Positions 11,085 through 20,044 of a stretch of DNA of 64,000 bases are shown in pieces (positions within the stretch are counted from its first letter, which is position 1; every line of letters starts with the position of its first letter). This DNA comes from Candidatus Latescibacterota bacterium (GTDB taxonomy: Bacteria; Latescibacterota; UBA2968; UBA8231): NCBI GenBank assembly GCA_965219385.1, contig CBDCNM010000002.1, forward strand, positions 2,598,936 to 2,662,935. The letters run 5' to 3'. The notes beneath the pieces were generated by a model that was not told where the DNA came from, ran no database searches, and saw only the letters and a list, made by a program, of their open reading frames with translations. A program made the translations under genes and the position numbers.

Positions 11085-13028
11085 ATGAACGAGAAAGAGG
11101 TTTCTTCCACCCCTGCCTCGGCCCCGCTGGCCTACAGCACGCCGGGACAGCTGGTGCAGGACTTTGCCAGCCGGGGGCTGGTCGTACTGGCCCCGGAAAG
11201 CCTGGGCGTTCCACCCGAGGTCCACGAGCGGATCTACCAGCGCGAAAAGCTGGCGGTCGGCGCTGGCGAGCTCGTTACGCCCGGACTCATTCCGGACGTG
11301 CTCGAGGTAATCAACGCCCCCGGCGTCGTCGCCGCCTGCAACCAACTGGCCGGCGAGAATTGGGCCATTGTGCCGTTCACCCACAATGCGACCTTCTCGA
11401 GCGGCGCCCGCGACCAGCACTGGCACAAGGACGACAACGGCCCGTTCAATAGCCGCAAACAGCGCCACCACCAAGCCGTGCAAATCGAAATGCTGTACTA
11501 TCCGCAGGCGGTGCGCGAGGACATGGGCCCGACGGCAACCGTGCCCTACTCCCACTACTGGACCTTCAACCACGAAGAAAACCACGACAATTTCGCCGGG
11601 GCCGATCACCTCGATTTCGCCTACCACCTCAGCGGCATGGAGGGCCAGCCGGTCAGCGGTCCAGATTCCCAATACGACCTCGACGATATTGTCCATCGCC
11701 GCACGGCGCACGACGTTCGCATGAGGGAGGCGATCGCCAACTTAAAGTGGCCGCTGGTACAGCCGTTTGAAGCGGCCCCGCTGCGGGCCGGCAGTATCGT
11801 GTTGTATTCGCACAATACCTTCCACCGGGGCAACCACCGCCGCGACGATTGGCGCACCTGGGAAGACAACCCGCGCTTTATGTGGCGTTTCTGGATCTAT
11901 CGCACCACCGATCCCGCCGGCGGCAATGGCTCGCCGGCCGAAGTGCGTTGGAACGGGCTCGGTGTGGATCCGCTGACCCATATCGATCTGACCGGGGCCA
12001 ACGACGACGTCACCGCGGTTTGGCGCTACCACCACCACTGGATACAGACGGGCCAAACGCCGCCGCCGCGGCCGGAGGCAGCGGCCCTATCGCCTATGGA
12101 ACGGGAAAGGGAGGCCAGCCGCTTATTTGCCCAGCTGCACGCCAAAGGCGAAGAGGCCGAGCCAGCGCGCATCGGCGCGGCCTACAAACTGGCCTCCATC
12201 GGCGACCCGGCGCTGGCGGTGCGGCTTCTCGGTCGGGCTCTGTACAACGACCGGGAGAGTGTGCGGCGGGCCGCCACCTATGGCCTGATTGCCGTTGGCG
12301 CGGAGGCTACCGGCGCCTTGCTCGAAGCGGCGAATTCACCCATCAAGTGGGTCCGCAAGGCGGGCGTGTACGGCCTGGGCGATGTCAGCCTCCTCAACGG
12401 CGAGGTTTTGCCGGCCGTGGTGACGCGCCTGAGAGAAGATCCGTCGGTATATGTCCGGGCCGTCGCCGCTGGGACCCTGGGCTGTCTCGGCCGCCGCGCG
12501 GTCGCCACCGGGGTCGGCCAAGCACTGATTCCCGCCTGCCTCGAAGCGCTGGCGCAGAGTCTGGGCCGCGAGGAAAACCGGCTGGCCATGGACCGGGCGC
12601 AAGGGCGGAGCATAAAGTTCGTGCGGCCCACCGATGAGTGCGATGTGTGCGAGGGCGGCGGCGTTGATTTTGACCTCGAGCGGTTCAAGCCGGTGCGCTC
12701 GGCGGTGCGGGAGAATGCGCTTTGGTCAATGGTCATTCTCTGTTCCCACGGCACCGCGATTACCGGCCCTGCGCTGGGGCCGACCGCACAGGCCCTGCAA
12801 GAGGTTATCCGCGGCGACGAGAACGCCATTTGCGTTGGCTTTGCCATGGACGCGCTGAGCCGCCTGGCCCACTTGCGTCCCCAGGGCGAGACGGCGGCAT
12901 CCTCCATCGGCGACCTGCAGGCGGATGTCTTGGCGCTACTCGAAGAGTCGCCCATGCGGTGTTGGGAAGCCCTGGTCCGCAGCGGCCTCAGCGCCAAGAC
13001 GGCGGCCGAGTTTGAGCGGGCTGGTTAG
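11085..13028 (+). CDS. PhyH-like dioxygenase domain fused to HEAT repeats
   Basis: WHKD and HRGN in the N-terminal half; VRRAATYGL, VRKAGVYGL, VRAVAAGTL HEAT-like repeats. Confidence 0.75.
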   Translation: MNEKEVSSTPASAPLAYSTPGQLVQDFASRGLVVLAPESLGVPPEVHERIYQREKLAVGAGELVTPGLIPDVLEVINAPGVVAACNQLAGENWAIVPFTHNATFSSGARDQHWHKDDNGPFNSRKQRHHQAVQIEMLYYPQAVREDMGPTATVPYSHYWTFNHEENHDNFAGADHLDFAYHLSGMEGQPVSGPDSQYDLDDIVHRRTAHDVRMREAIANLKWPLVQPFEAAPLRAGSIVLYSHNTFHRGNHRRDDWRTWEDNPRFMWRFWIYRTTDPAGGNGSPAEVRWNGLGVDPLTHIDLTGANDDVTAVWRYHHHWIQTGQTPPPRPEAAALSPMEREREASRLFAQLHAKGEEAEPARIGAAYKLASIGDPALAVRLLGRALYNDRESVRRAATYGLIAVGAEATGALLEAANSPIKWVRKAGVYGLGDVSLLNGEVLPAVVTRLREDPSVYVRAVAAGTLGCLGRRAVATGVGQALIPACLEALAQSLGREENRLAMDRAQGRSIKFVRPTDECDVCEGGGVDFDLERFKPVRSAVRENALWSMVILCSHGTAITGPALGPTAQALQEVIRGDENAICVGFAMDALSRLAHLRPQGETAASSIGDLQADVLALLEESPMRCWEALVRSGLSAKTAAEFERAG

Positions 13029-13030
13029 CA

Positions 13031-13061
13031 CCCTTGGGTCACCGCCGAGCTGAAAATCCAG
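13031..13061 (+). repeat. 31-bp direct repeat, left boundary of the CRISPR-Cas cassette
   Basis: CCCTTGGGTCACCGCCGAGCTGAAAATCCAG, identical to 30242-30272. Confidence 0.95.
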
Positions 13062-13071
13062 GCGACAACGG

Positions 13072-14427
13072 GCTTCAATGAGGCCGGGGCGTTTCCACCC
13101 CGGAAATCTCGCCGAAGATCGGCAAGAAAGGCCGGATTCAAACGCTTCAATGAGGCCGGGGCGTTTCCACCCCGGAAATCTGGACGATGCAGGGCCTCGC
13201 CCTGGTCGGTGGTATCGCTTCAATGAGGCCGGGGCGTTTCCACCCCGGAAATTTTCTAATCGTGTTCCGTATGTTTGGTATCAGAAATTGCTTCAATGAG
13301 GCCGGGGCGTTTCCACCCCGGAAATCGCGCCGGCCACTACTACGCGGTCACCTGGGCCGAGAAGCTTCAATGAGGCCGGGGCGTTTCCACCCCGGAAATA
13401 CTGATTGTTGAGGTAGAGACAGTCGTGGACATCCTGCTTCAATGAGGCCGGGGCGTTTCCACCCCGGAAATTTCGATGCGCCGTAAGACTGGAAAAAGAG
13501 CGGGCGGTAACGGCTTCAATGAGGCCGGGGCGTTTCCACCCCGGAAATCGCACCATCGACCCGCGCAATGCCCTGGCCTGGTTCCGCGCTTCAATGAGGC
13601 CGGGGCGTTTCCACCCCGGAAATCCGTTCGTCCGTAGGCTTGGTGTCGGCGTAGGTCCGGTAGCTTCAATGAGGCCGGGGCGTTTCCACCCCGGAAATCA
13701 TGTACGGCCCGTCCGGACGGCCACGGTCTACCAGCGCTTCAATGAGGCCGGGGCGTTTCCACCCCGGAAATCCGTTCGTCCGTAGGCTTGGTGTCGGCGT
13801 AGGTCCGGTAGCTTCAATGAGGCCGGGGCGTTTCCACCCCGGAAATCCCGTCGGCGTCAGCGTGTCTATATGCTCCTCGCAGGCTTCAATGAGGCCGGGG
13901 CGTTTCCACCCCGGAAATCCGCGGGCTCGGTGCCGGTCGTCGATCATGATATGATTGCTTCAATGAGGCCGGGGCGTTTCCACCCCGGAAATAAGGCCGC
14001 CTGCCTTGCCGGAAGATCGGTTCAATCCGCTTCAATGAGGCCGGGGCGTTTCCACCCCGGAAATTACACCGATCCCCGAACACCGGCGCGTGCAGTGGCC
14101 GCTTCAATGAGGCCGGGGCGTTTCCACCCCGGAAATAGTCCCGCCCGATGCCAGATAATAATCTGGCGCACAGGGCTTCAATGAGGCCGGGGCGTTTCCA
14201 CCCCGGAAATGAGGTCGAGGGGTCCGCTTCATGTTGCTGGCTGATAGCTTCAATGAGGCCGGGGCGTTTCCACCCCGGAAATGCGCGTCGAGGCCGCTCC
14301 CTCCCCCGCGAAAGCGGTCGCTTCAATGAGGCCGGGGCGTTTCCACCCCGGAAATGACAGATAGGCGGGTAATATTTTCGCTGAAGTGCGCGCTTCAATG
14401 AGGCCGGGGCGTTTCCACCCCGGAAAT
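13072..14427 (-). CRISPR. CRISPR array: 19 identical 36-bp repeats and 18 spacers of 36-41 bp
   Basis: Minus-strand repeat ATTTCCGGGGTGGAAACGCCCCGGCCTCATTGAAGC with hairpin CCGGGG...CCCCGG and a 3' ATTGAAGC handle typical of I-G; leader is on the cas2 side. Confidence 0.99.
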
Positions 14428-14636
14428 AGTCCCTGCGGAAGTCCTTGTGCGGCTTGGGCTTTCCACACGTTTTGCGAGCGCTCCTTCCTCAAATGAGGCC
14501 GGTCGGATATTCTGCTCCCAAACGCATATCATAGTACGACCTATCTCCTTGTAATACAAATAGAAAACGCAATGCGAGGGCTACCGGCAATTTTTCCTCC
14601 ACCGGAGCGCTCGCAGGGGACACGGCAAATGCCCCG
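14428..14636 (-). promoter_or_regulatory. CRISPR leader
   Basis: Non-coding DNA between cas2 and the first repeat; AT-rich core; 12-bp inverted repeat at 14473-14484 / 14604-14615. Confidence 0.75.
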
Positions 14637-14930
14637 CTAGACAATTGTGGCCTGTCGGGTCGGCACCTCATACGTTTTGCCCAGGCTTTCTACCAGGGGA
14701 TCGACCCGGTCGGCAGGCCCCAAGTCCACGATCAGGATATGATCCTCCGCCAACTCGATCAAGTCTTCCAAACGCGCGGTCATCTCGGCGCGCCGCCGAG
14801 CCGTCAGCCGACACTGGAAAACCGACAACTGCAGCCAGTATCCATAGCCTTTCATCACCTTAAACACGCGCCGCCAGCGCTTGGGCTCGGCTATGTCGTA
14901 CGCAACGATGTAGAGACGCTCGTTGGCCAT
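14637..14930 (-). CDS. cas2: CRISPR-associated endonuclease Cas2
   Basis: YIVAYDI, LQLSVFQC; 97 aa; adjacent to the array. Confidence 0.97.
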   Translation of the reverse strand: MANERLYIVAYDIAEPKRWRRVFKVMKGYGYWLQLSVFQCRLTARRRAEMTARLEDLIELAEDHILIVDLGPADRVDPLVESLGKTYEVPTRQATIV

Positions 14931-14935
14931 ATCGG

Positions 14936-16648
14936 CTACCGGGGAAGATAATGCGGATAGGTGACGATCTCGCCCTGCAGATGCCGTGCGAGCAACCTAA
15001 CCTGCACCTCTATCAGCCGCCGCATGGAGACGCGGTAGCCGAAAAGCGGATGGGTGGTTTCCTGGTCCATACGGCGCTCAAACGCAGCGATGAAGGCCTT
15101 GCGGCCGCCGGGCTTTAGCGAGCAGGCCGGTCCATTGAACACAAAGTCGCCCGGTTTGACCTCACCGTTGTTGATGGCCTGGATTACACAGGAATCCGCG
15201 ACGATGGGCCGGAACGGCTCCATCAGGTCGAGGGCCAGTGCCGGGCGGCCGTGGCGCGGGCGATGGTAGAGGCCCATGTAGGGGTCCAGCCCGGTCGCCG
15301 AGATCGTCGTCGTGAAAACCCGCGTCAACAAGGCGTAGGCCAGCGACAGCATCGCATTCACCGGGTCGGTGGGCGGGCGCCGATTGCGCTTTGAGAAGGA
15401 AAACGCGGCCATGTCCTCTTTCGCACCCGCGGCGAGCATATTCTCAAAGCAAGCGAAATAGATTGCCGCGGCCTCGCCCTCAATGCCCAGCAGTTGACGG
15501 TCGTCTCGGGCGCGGGGCACCCGCTGGACGATTCGCTTTAATCGGACCAGGGCTTCGTTTTTGGCCTCCGCGTCCCCATTGACGCGCCAGTTGCGGCGCA
15601 ACATCGTGCGCGAGTTGCGCACCTTTGCCGCCACCAAGTCGCGCGCAAATGCGAGGCTGCTAGGCTCGTCAAAGGCGGCCCGGTACTGCGCCTGGCGCAC
15701 GGCCACGTTGCCATTGCCGGTCCCCACGGTGTGGCCGAGAAACCAGCCGCCCGTGGAGAACCACGACACCGGAATCTCGGCGCGCATCAGCGCGTGCAGG
15801 GCCGGCGTGGTCACCGAGACCGGGCCGAACAGGGCAACCTGGGAAACGTCGATCATGGGCACTTCCACAGATTCTTCTTCGGTCTCCACCACCAGGCGCT
15901 CGCCGCTTTTGCGCAACCGCGCCCCCGGCGTTTGTACGTAGAGCGGCAGAGCCGGATCGTCGGACGGGTTCAGCGGGCGCGGCGGATACCCCTTGCGGAA
16001 CAGGTTGGTCTCGTCCGGCAGGCAGATTCCAGCAAGCGAACAGCGCGGGCACTTGGGGCTATTCTCGAGCGGCGGTGGCCGACGACCATTGGCCGCGGCG
16101 GAACGCAGGCCCGCAATCGCCTCCAGAGTCCGGGCGCGGAGTTCATCGTCGAGAACGACCTGCACCCGCTCGCGTGAGCCGGCGTACCAAAGCACGCCCT
16201 GCTCGACCTTGTAGCCATTGTCCTCAAGAATCATGGCCTGGGTGCAGATTTGGACGCGCTCGGGTTCGTAGGCGCCGGCGGCGACGTGGGGCCGCTTGCC
16301 TTTTTTGAAGTCCACGGGCATTGCGGTTCCCTCGTCGGCCTCCACCACATCCATCTTGGCGATAACGCCGAGACGCTCCGAGGAAAGGGTGACGGCCCGG
16401 GCGCGGGCCATATCCTCGCCGAGCTCGTCGGGCGCGGGCAAGCGGCCCCCACCTTCATCAACCCGGACATGGGCGCGCCGCCCCTCGGCCGTGTCCCCGC
16501 TCTCGGCCCACTCGCCTTCCACCCATTCCAAATAGGCCAGCCGGGGGCAATAAACCCATTCGTTGACCATGCGGGCCGGGGCCAGCGGCGTGTTGGCGTC
16601 GGCTGGCGGTGGGGGCAGGGCGAGGATGAGTTGGCGGTCGTGGGTCAT
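14936..16648 (-). CDS. cas1: Cas4-Cas1 fusion (type I-G)
   Basis: YCPR...DFKKG...KCPRCSLAGIC Cas4 domain; LLGIEGEAA, RNRRPPTDPVNAMLS, LALDLMEPFRP Cas1 domain. Confidence 0.97.
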   Translation of the reverse strand: MTHDRQLILALPPPPADANTPLAPARMVNEWVYCPRLAYLEWVEGEWAESGDTAEGRRAHVRVDEGGGRLPAPDELGEDMARARAVTLSSERLGVIAKMDVVEADEGTAMPVDFKKGKRPHVAAGAYEPERVQICTQAMILEDNGYKVEQGVLWYAGSRERVQVVLDDELRARTLEAIAGLRSAAANGRRPPPLENSPKCPRCSLAGICLPDETNLFRKGYPPRPLNPSDDPALPLYVQTPGARLRKSGERLVVETEEESVEVPMIDVSQVALFGPVSVTTPALHALMRAEIPVSWFSTGGWFLGHTVGTGNGNVAVRQAQYRAAFDEPSSLAFARDLVAAKVRNSRTMLRRNWRVNGDAEAKNEALVRLKRIVQRVPRARDDRQLLGIEGEAAAIYFACFENMLAAGAKEDMAAFSFSKRNRRPPTDPVNAMLSLAYALLTRVFTTTISATGLDPYMGLYHRPRHGRPALALDLMEPFRPIVADSCVIQAINNGEVKPGDFVFNGPACSLKPGGRKAFIAAFERRMDQETTHPLFGYRVSMRRLIEVQVRLLARHLQGEIVTYPHYLPR

Positions 16649-16658
16649 ATGATGGGGC

Positions 16659-17921
16659 CTAAAACCCGTTCTCTATAATGGTTAAAGGCAGCTTCAGTTC
16701 CAGTTGCGGCCAACGTGGGATATCCGAGTCGCAAAGGCCGAGGGCTGAGAGTGCTGATTTCCAAAACGACTCGAAAGACTCTTTCTTGACGGGCAGCAAG
16801 CCGTGAGCCAGCAGCGAGTTGTTCCGTTTTTGTAAATGGTCCTTGAGGCAGTCGTAAGTATGAGCTTGTTCACTAAGCGCCTCGTCTTCGCTGAACTCCA
16901 AAATCTGGAACAGATTCTGGATACCAAGCTTATATGGGCCATCGTCAGGTTGGCCAAGTTTCTCGATAACTTCTTCACGACGAACAGCCGGAAAACACTC
17001 TATCGAGACCTTGCCCAACTCAGCGCCGAACGCTTGCTTTACCAGTTGCTGACTGCGCAACTCGACGGCGCGGTAAAGCCTACCGACGGCGTCGTCATAG
17101 CGCGACTGTTTTGCACATCTGTCGGCGTTGGCAACGAGTTTAAGTAGAGTTTCTCGCCCCGCAGTCTGATCGTTGTGCTTCACCTGATCCCCGACAGCTT
17201 TCCAATGCTCGTGCAGAGATACTAGCCTTTGGTAGAGCGGATAGTCGAGCGAGAGTTCCAGTTTCTGGTGCCAACGGAGAAATTCACTGTGGGCTCTCTT
17301 AAAGTCGAACCGATCGGCCAGCCCAAGAGCCTTGGCGAGCCCGGCGAACGCCTCCAAGCGCGCGCGCTGCGACTCGTCACACTTTCGTGCGGCATCCTCG
17401 AGAACCGCGGCGGCGGAATCGGCGTAGAAACCCTCCAACAATCCGTTTGCACGATCAAGCTCTCGCACGGCATACGTAACCCACGGATTTTGGCATCTGA
17501 CGACAAGTTCGGAGCCGGTAACGACTGTACCGAGATTGTTGGAGTCGCGGCTGGAGCCGCCTACATAAGTAAAATTTTTGAACCGCTCAACAGCGGCAAG
17601 CATGAGTGCAGCCGACATGGCCTTGGTACCACCAGTGATGTCTATATACACCTCCTCCGGGTCCAGCTTGCGCTCGCTGAGCCACCTCTCTATATCGGTC
17701 CGAATCTCCTGATAGCAGATCCCGATATCTTGGTGATCTGAGATCTCCAAATACCCGTATTGAGGAACGTAACCCAGCCCGGGCAATATCTCATCTTCCA
17801 CCTGAGACCTTGAAGCGCCGGAGACAACAAATAGCGCGTAAGGGGGTCTCCCTTCACCCAGTACTTTCCGCACCGGCTCGGGTGAACCTCCAACACTGGC
17901 GATCATGCCGCGTAGCCTCAT
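16659..17921 (-). CDS. CARF-HEPN effector (TIGR02710/Csm6-like), putative cOA-activated RNase
   Basis: SVGGSPEP and DITGGTKAMS CARF motifs; RYDDAVGRLYRAVEL; C-terminal RNNSLLAH (R-X6-H). Confidence 0.85.
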   Translation of the reverse strand: MRLRGMIASVGGSPEPVRKVLGEGRPPYALFVVSGASRSQVEDEILPGLGYVPQYGYLEISDHQDIGICYQEIRTDIERWLSERKLDPEEVYIDITGGTKAMSAALMLAAVERFKNFTYVGGSSRDSNNLGTVVTGSELVVRCQNPWVTYAVRELDRANGLLEGFYADSAAAVLEDAARKCDESQRARLEAFAGLAKALGLADRFDFKRAHSEFLRWHQKLELSLDYPLYQRLVSLHEHWKAVGDQVKHNDQTAGRETLLKLVANADRCAKQSRYDDAVGRLYRAVELRSQQLVKQAFGAELGKVSIECFPAVRREEVIEKLGQPDDGPYKLGIQNLFQILEFSEDEALSEQAHTYDCLKDHLQKRNNSLLAHGLLPVKKESFESFWKSALSALGLCDSDIPRWPQLELKLPLTIIENGF

Positions 17922-18868
17922 CGGTCGGTTTCCTCTCGCCAGATCATGGGGACAGCGAGTCCGAAGGTCGCTTGGACCGGGTGGATACCACGTGCTGCAA
18001 GCGATTCACGAGCGCTCTTGCTTAGCAGGCGTTCCGGCCCAATAGGGGCACCGTAGAACGGTTTCGGGGGGTGTTTCGTGCGGAAGCAGGCACCGGCCGC
18101 CAGCATGACCTGTGGACGTTTGAACACGGCGCTAGAGTGGAACTCCGGAGCCAGTTTTCCGTACTTGACGAAGAGTCGCCAGAAACCTTCCACCGGGTCA
18201 GTGGCCGCCGGCTGGAACGTTGAGAGGGATGTGAATCCGTCGGCTCCATGAACATTATCCAGTTCGGGACTAGGGGTTGGATCGCCGTCTAACTCGAAGC
18301 CGCCGTGGCCCACCGAGGCATCGGCACCATATCCGGTCTGCCCCAGTATTTCCAAGGCTTCAAGCAAAATTTGCAGGCCGCCATCGGCAGCGCGAGCAAA
18401 AATGGTCAAGTCGCCTTCGGACTTGCTGAGCTTTGAAAACGGCACTTCAAAGAGTTCACCACCAGCACCTGTGGTATTGGAAACGCGGGAGATGGTGTTG
18501 CGCAACCGCACGCGATCGTGGATAGAGATACCGGGATCTTCTAGATTGGGTTTCTTCCCCTCCTGGACTCGACAAAAATCGGCCATAGTCATCCAGCGAT
18601 ATTTCTTGACGTTCTTGCGCTTCTCTGGAGGCCAATCCCACCACAACGGCAGGCTAGCCGGTGCTGGCAGTGAATCGCCGGGAAAGGCGTCGGAGATGAC
18701 AAACAGCGGCTCCTGAGCGACCCACGGATCCAGGAAATCCCTCTGGAGCGCGTCATGACCACGAGAACGCGCCCATGCACACGCCATCGCGCCAAGTAGC
18801 GAATCCGCCTGCCAAGGCGTGGTCCAAACCCCGAGGGGATTCAACCTCAGGCGGAACAATGTGTCCAT
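17918..18868 (-). CDS. csm4: Type III Cas5-group RAMP, Csm4-like
   Basis: ADSLLGA, ISDAFP, glycine-rich GYGADASVGHGGF loop. Confidence 0.85.
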   Translation of the reverse strand: MDTLFRLRLNPLGVWTTPWQADSLLGAMACAWARSRGHDALQRDFLDPWVAQEPLFVISDAFPGDSLPAPASLPLWWDWPPEKRKNVKKYRWMTMADFCRVQEGKKPNLEDPGISIHDRVRLRNTISRVSNTTGAGGELFEVPFSKLSKSEGDLTIFARAADGGLQILLEALEILGQTGYGADASVGHGGFELDGDPTPSPELDNVHGADGFTSLSTFQPAATDPVEGFWRLFVKYGKLAPEFHSSAVFKRPQVMLAAGACFRTKHPPKPFYGAPIGPERLLSKSARESLAARGIHPVQATFGLAVPMIWREETDR

Positions 18869-19512
18869 GGTTTACCATCCAATTTGAAATCGTTGAAGCT
18901 CACCGCTCCCGAACCCCGGCTCGTCCCGCCCCCCAGGCCCGTCATCTGCACTAGATTCAAGCCGTCGGCGACGACTGCTTGGAAAGCTTCACTGTCTTGA
19001 TGCGAGTTGCCGTTGTGGTCTGTGTACGAGAATTGTCTGTCGAGATCGAAGACTTGCAGAACGATCTGCATCTTGAACTCCGTACCCTCGATGACCCGCT
19101 CGTTTGACCGCGGATGTTCGGCCGCGCCAGTTTGGCGGTTTATGACGTTTTCCGTCTTGTTCTCAATGCGACCGCCCTTGAGGAGCCGGCCGTCACGGAC
19201 GATGATGCGAGAAGGGCCAAGATTGCTCCGGGGGTTCATGTGCGCTCCAAACAATCGACAGACGGGACACTCTCCACATCCACAGGGCCTGTCTTTTCTC
19301 TCTCCACCGAATTTGCCCAGCTTTTTCTCTAACTCGCCTCGCATCTTCCCCTTGAGCGACGAGCCTGGAATGTAGGGATCGCGAGTTTCCGGGTTCTTGA
19401 TCACCGGATTATCGGAGCCGCCAATTGCCAACTCGTCTTGCGAACCCCCGATATGAAGGCCGCTTTCGCAACGAGCGGTAAAGGTAATGGTGTGAATGGC
19501 AGTTCTTTGCAT
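18847..19512 (-). CDS. csm3: Type III Cas7-group RAMP Csm3
   Basis: GLHIGG, IGGSDNPV (catalytic Asp position retained), PYIPGSSLKGKMR, GLGGGTSRGSG. Confidence 0.95.
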   Translation of the reverse strand: MQRTAIHTITFTARCESGLHIGGSQDELAIGGSDNPVIKNPETRDPYIPGSSLKGKMRGELEKKLGKFGGERKDRPCGCGECPVCRLFGAHMNPRSNLGPSRIIVRDGRLLKGGRIENKTENVINRQTGAAEHPRSNERVIEGTEFKMQIVLQVFDLDRQFSYTDHNGNSHQDSEAFQAVVADGLNLVQMTGLGGGTSRGSGAVSFNDFKLDGKPWTHCSA

Positions 19513-19513
19513 G

Positions 19514-20044
19514 TCAGGAATCCTTCCTCATGTATTTGGCCCCAAAGCCGACCAGCGCCTCGAAATGTGGTAGAAAGCCATCCAGAAAGGCCCTTTCCGG
19601 CTCTTTCGCGGAGCCTACCCGTTTCACGTTGTCATCGATGAAATCTTGAAATTCTCCCGGAATTTTGTGGGCCGCGACGGCGTTCTGAGCATGGTAACAG
19701 AGTGCCTCGAAGCCAGCAGCTACTTGATGCCAGCTTTCGTTGTCAACTTTCAATTGACGTTCAAGCTCGCGGCAGTGATTGAAGAAACGGCGCATCTGGC
19801 CAGTAGTCAGCTTGGGGTTAGACCGATATGCAAGCTGTTGGGCCAAAGGATCGACGTTTTTCTTGGAGACGAAGTCGGGTTGAAGATAGCTTCGCCCTTG
19901 GTTATCAGTCTCGAAATACGAGCCTGGAAATTTTGGCAAGGCTTCCCTTGGCGGCCTGCTACGATCACCGCCACCGCGATCTCGCCGTTCTCGTTGTTTA
20001 GGTTGAAATCCCGCCTTTTCCATAGCATCCTCCATGCTATTCAT
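19514..20044 (-). CDS. csm2: Type III small subunit Csm2 (Cas11)
   Basis: LTTGQMRRFF and HFEALVGF motifs; lies between cas10 and csm3. Confidence 0.88.
   Translation of the reverse strand: MNSMEDAMEKAGFQPKQRERRDRGGGDRSRPPREALPKFPGSYFETDNQGRSYLQPDFVSKKNVDPLAQQLAYRSNPKLTTGQMRRFFNHCRELERQLKVDNESWHQVAAGFEALCYHAQNAVAAHKIPGEFQDFIDDNVKRVGSAKEPERAFLDGFLPHFEALVGFGAKYMRKDS

Noticed and set aside
13108..14391. Self-targeting by internal spacers within the window
   Set aside because: No convincing match found by eye; an alignment is needed to exclude it formally.
12936..14492. Many short ORFs with repeated MRPGRFHPGN / FPGWKRPGLIEA peptides
   Set aside because: They are translations of the CRISPR repeats.
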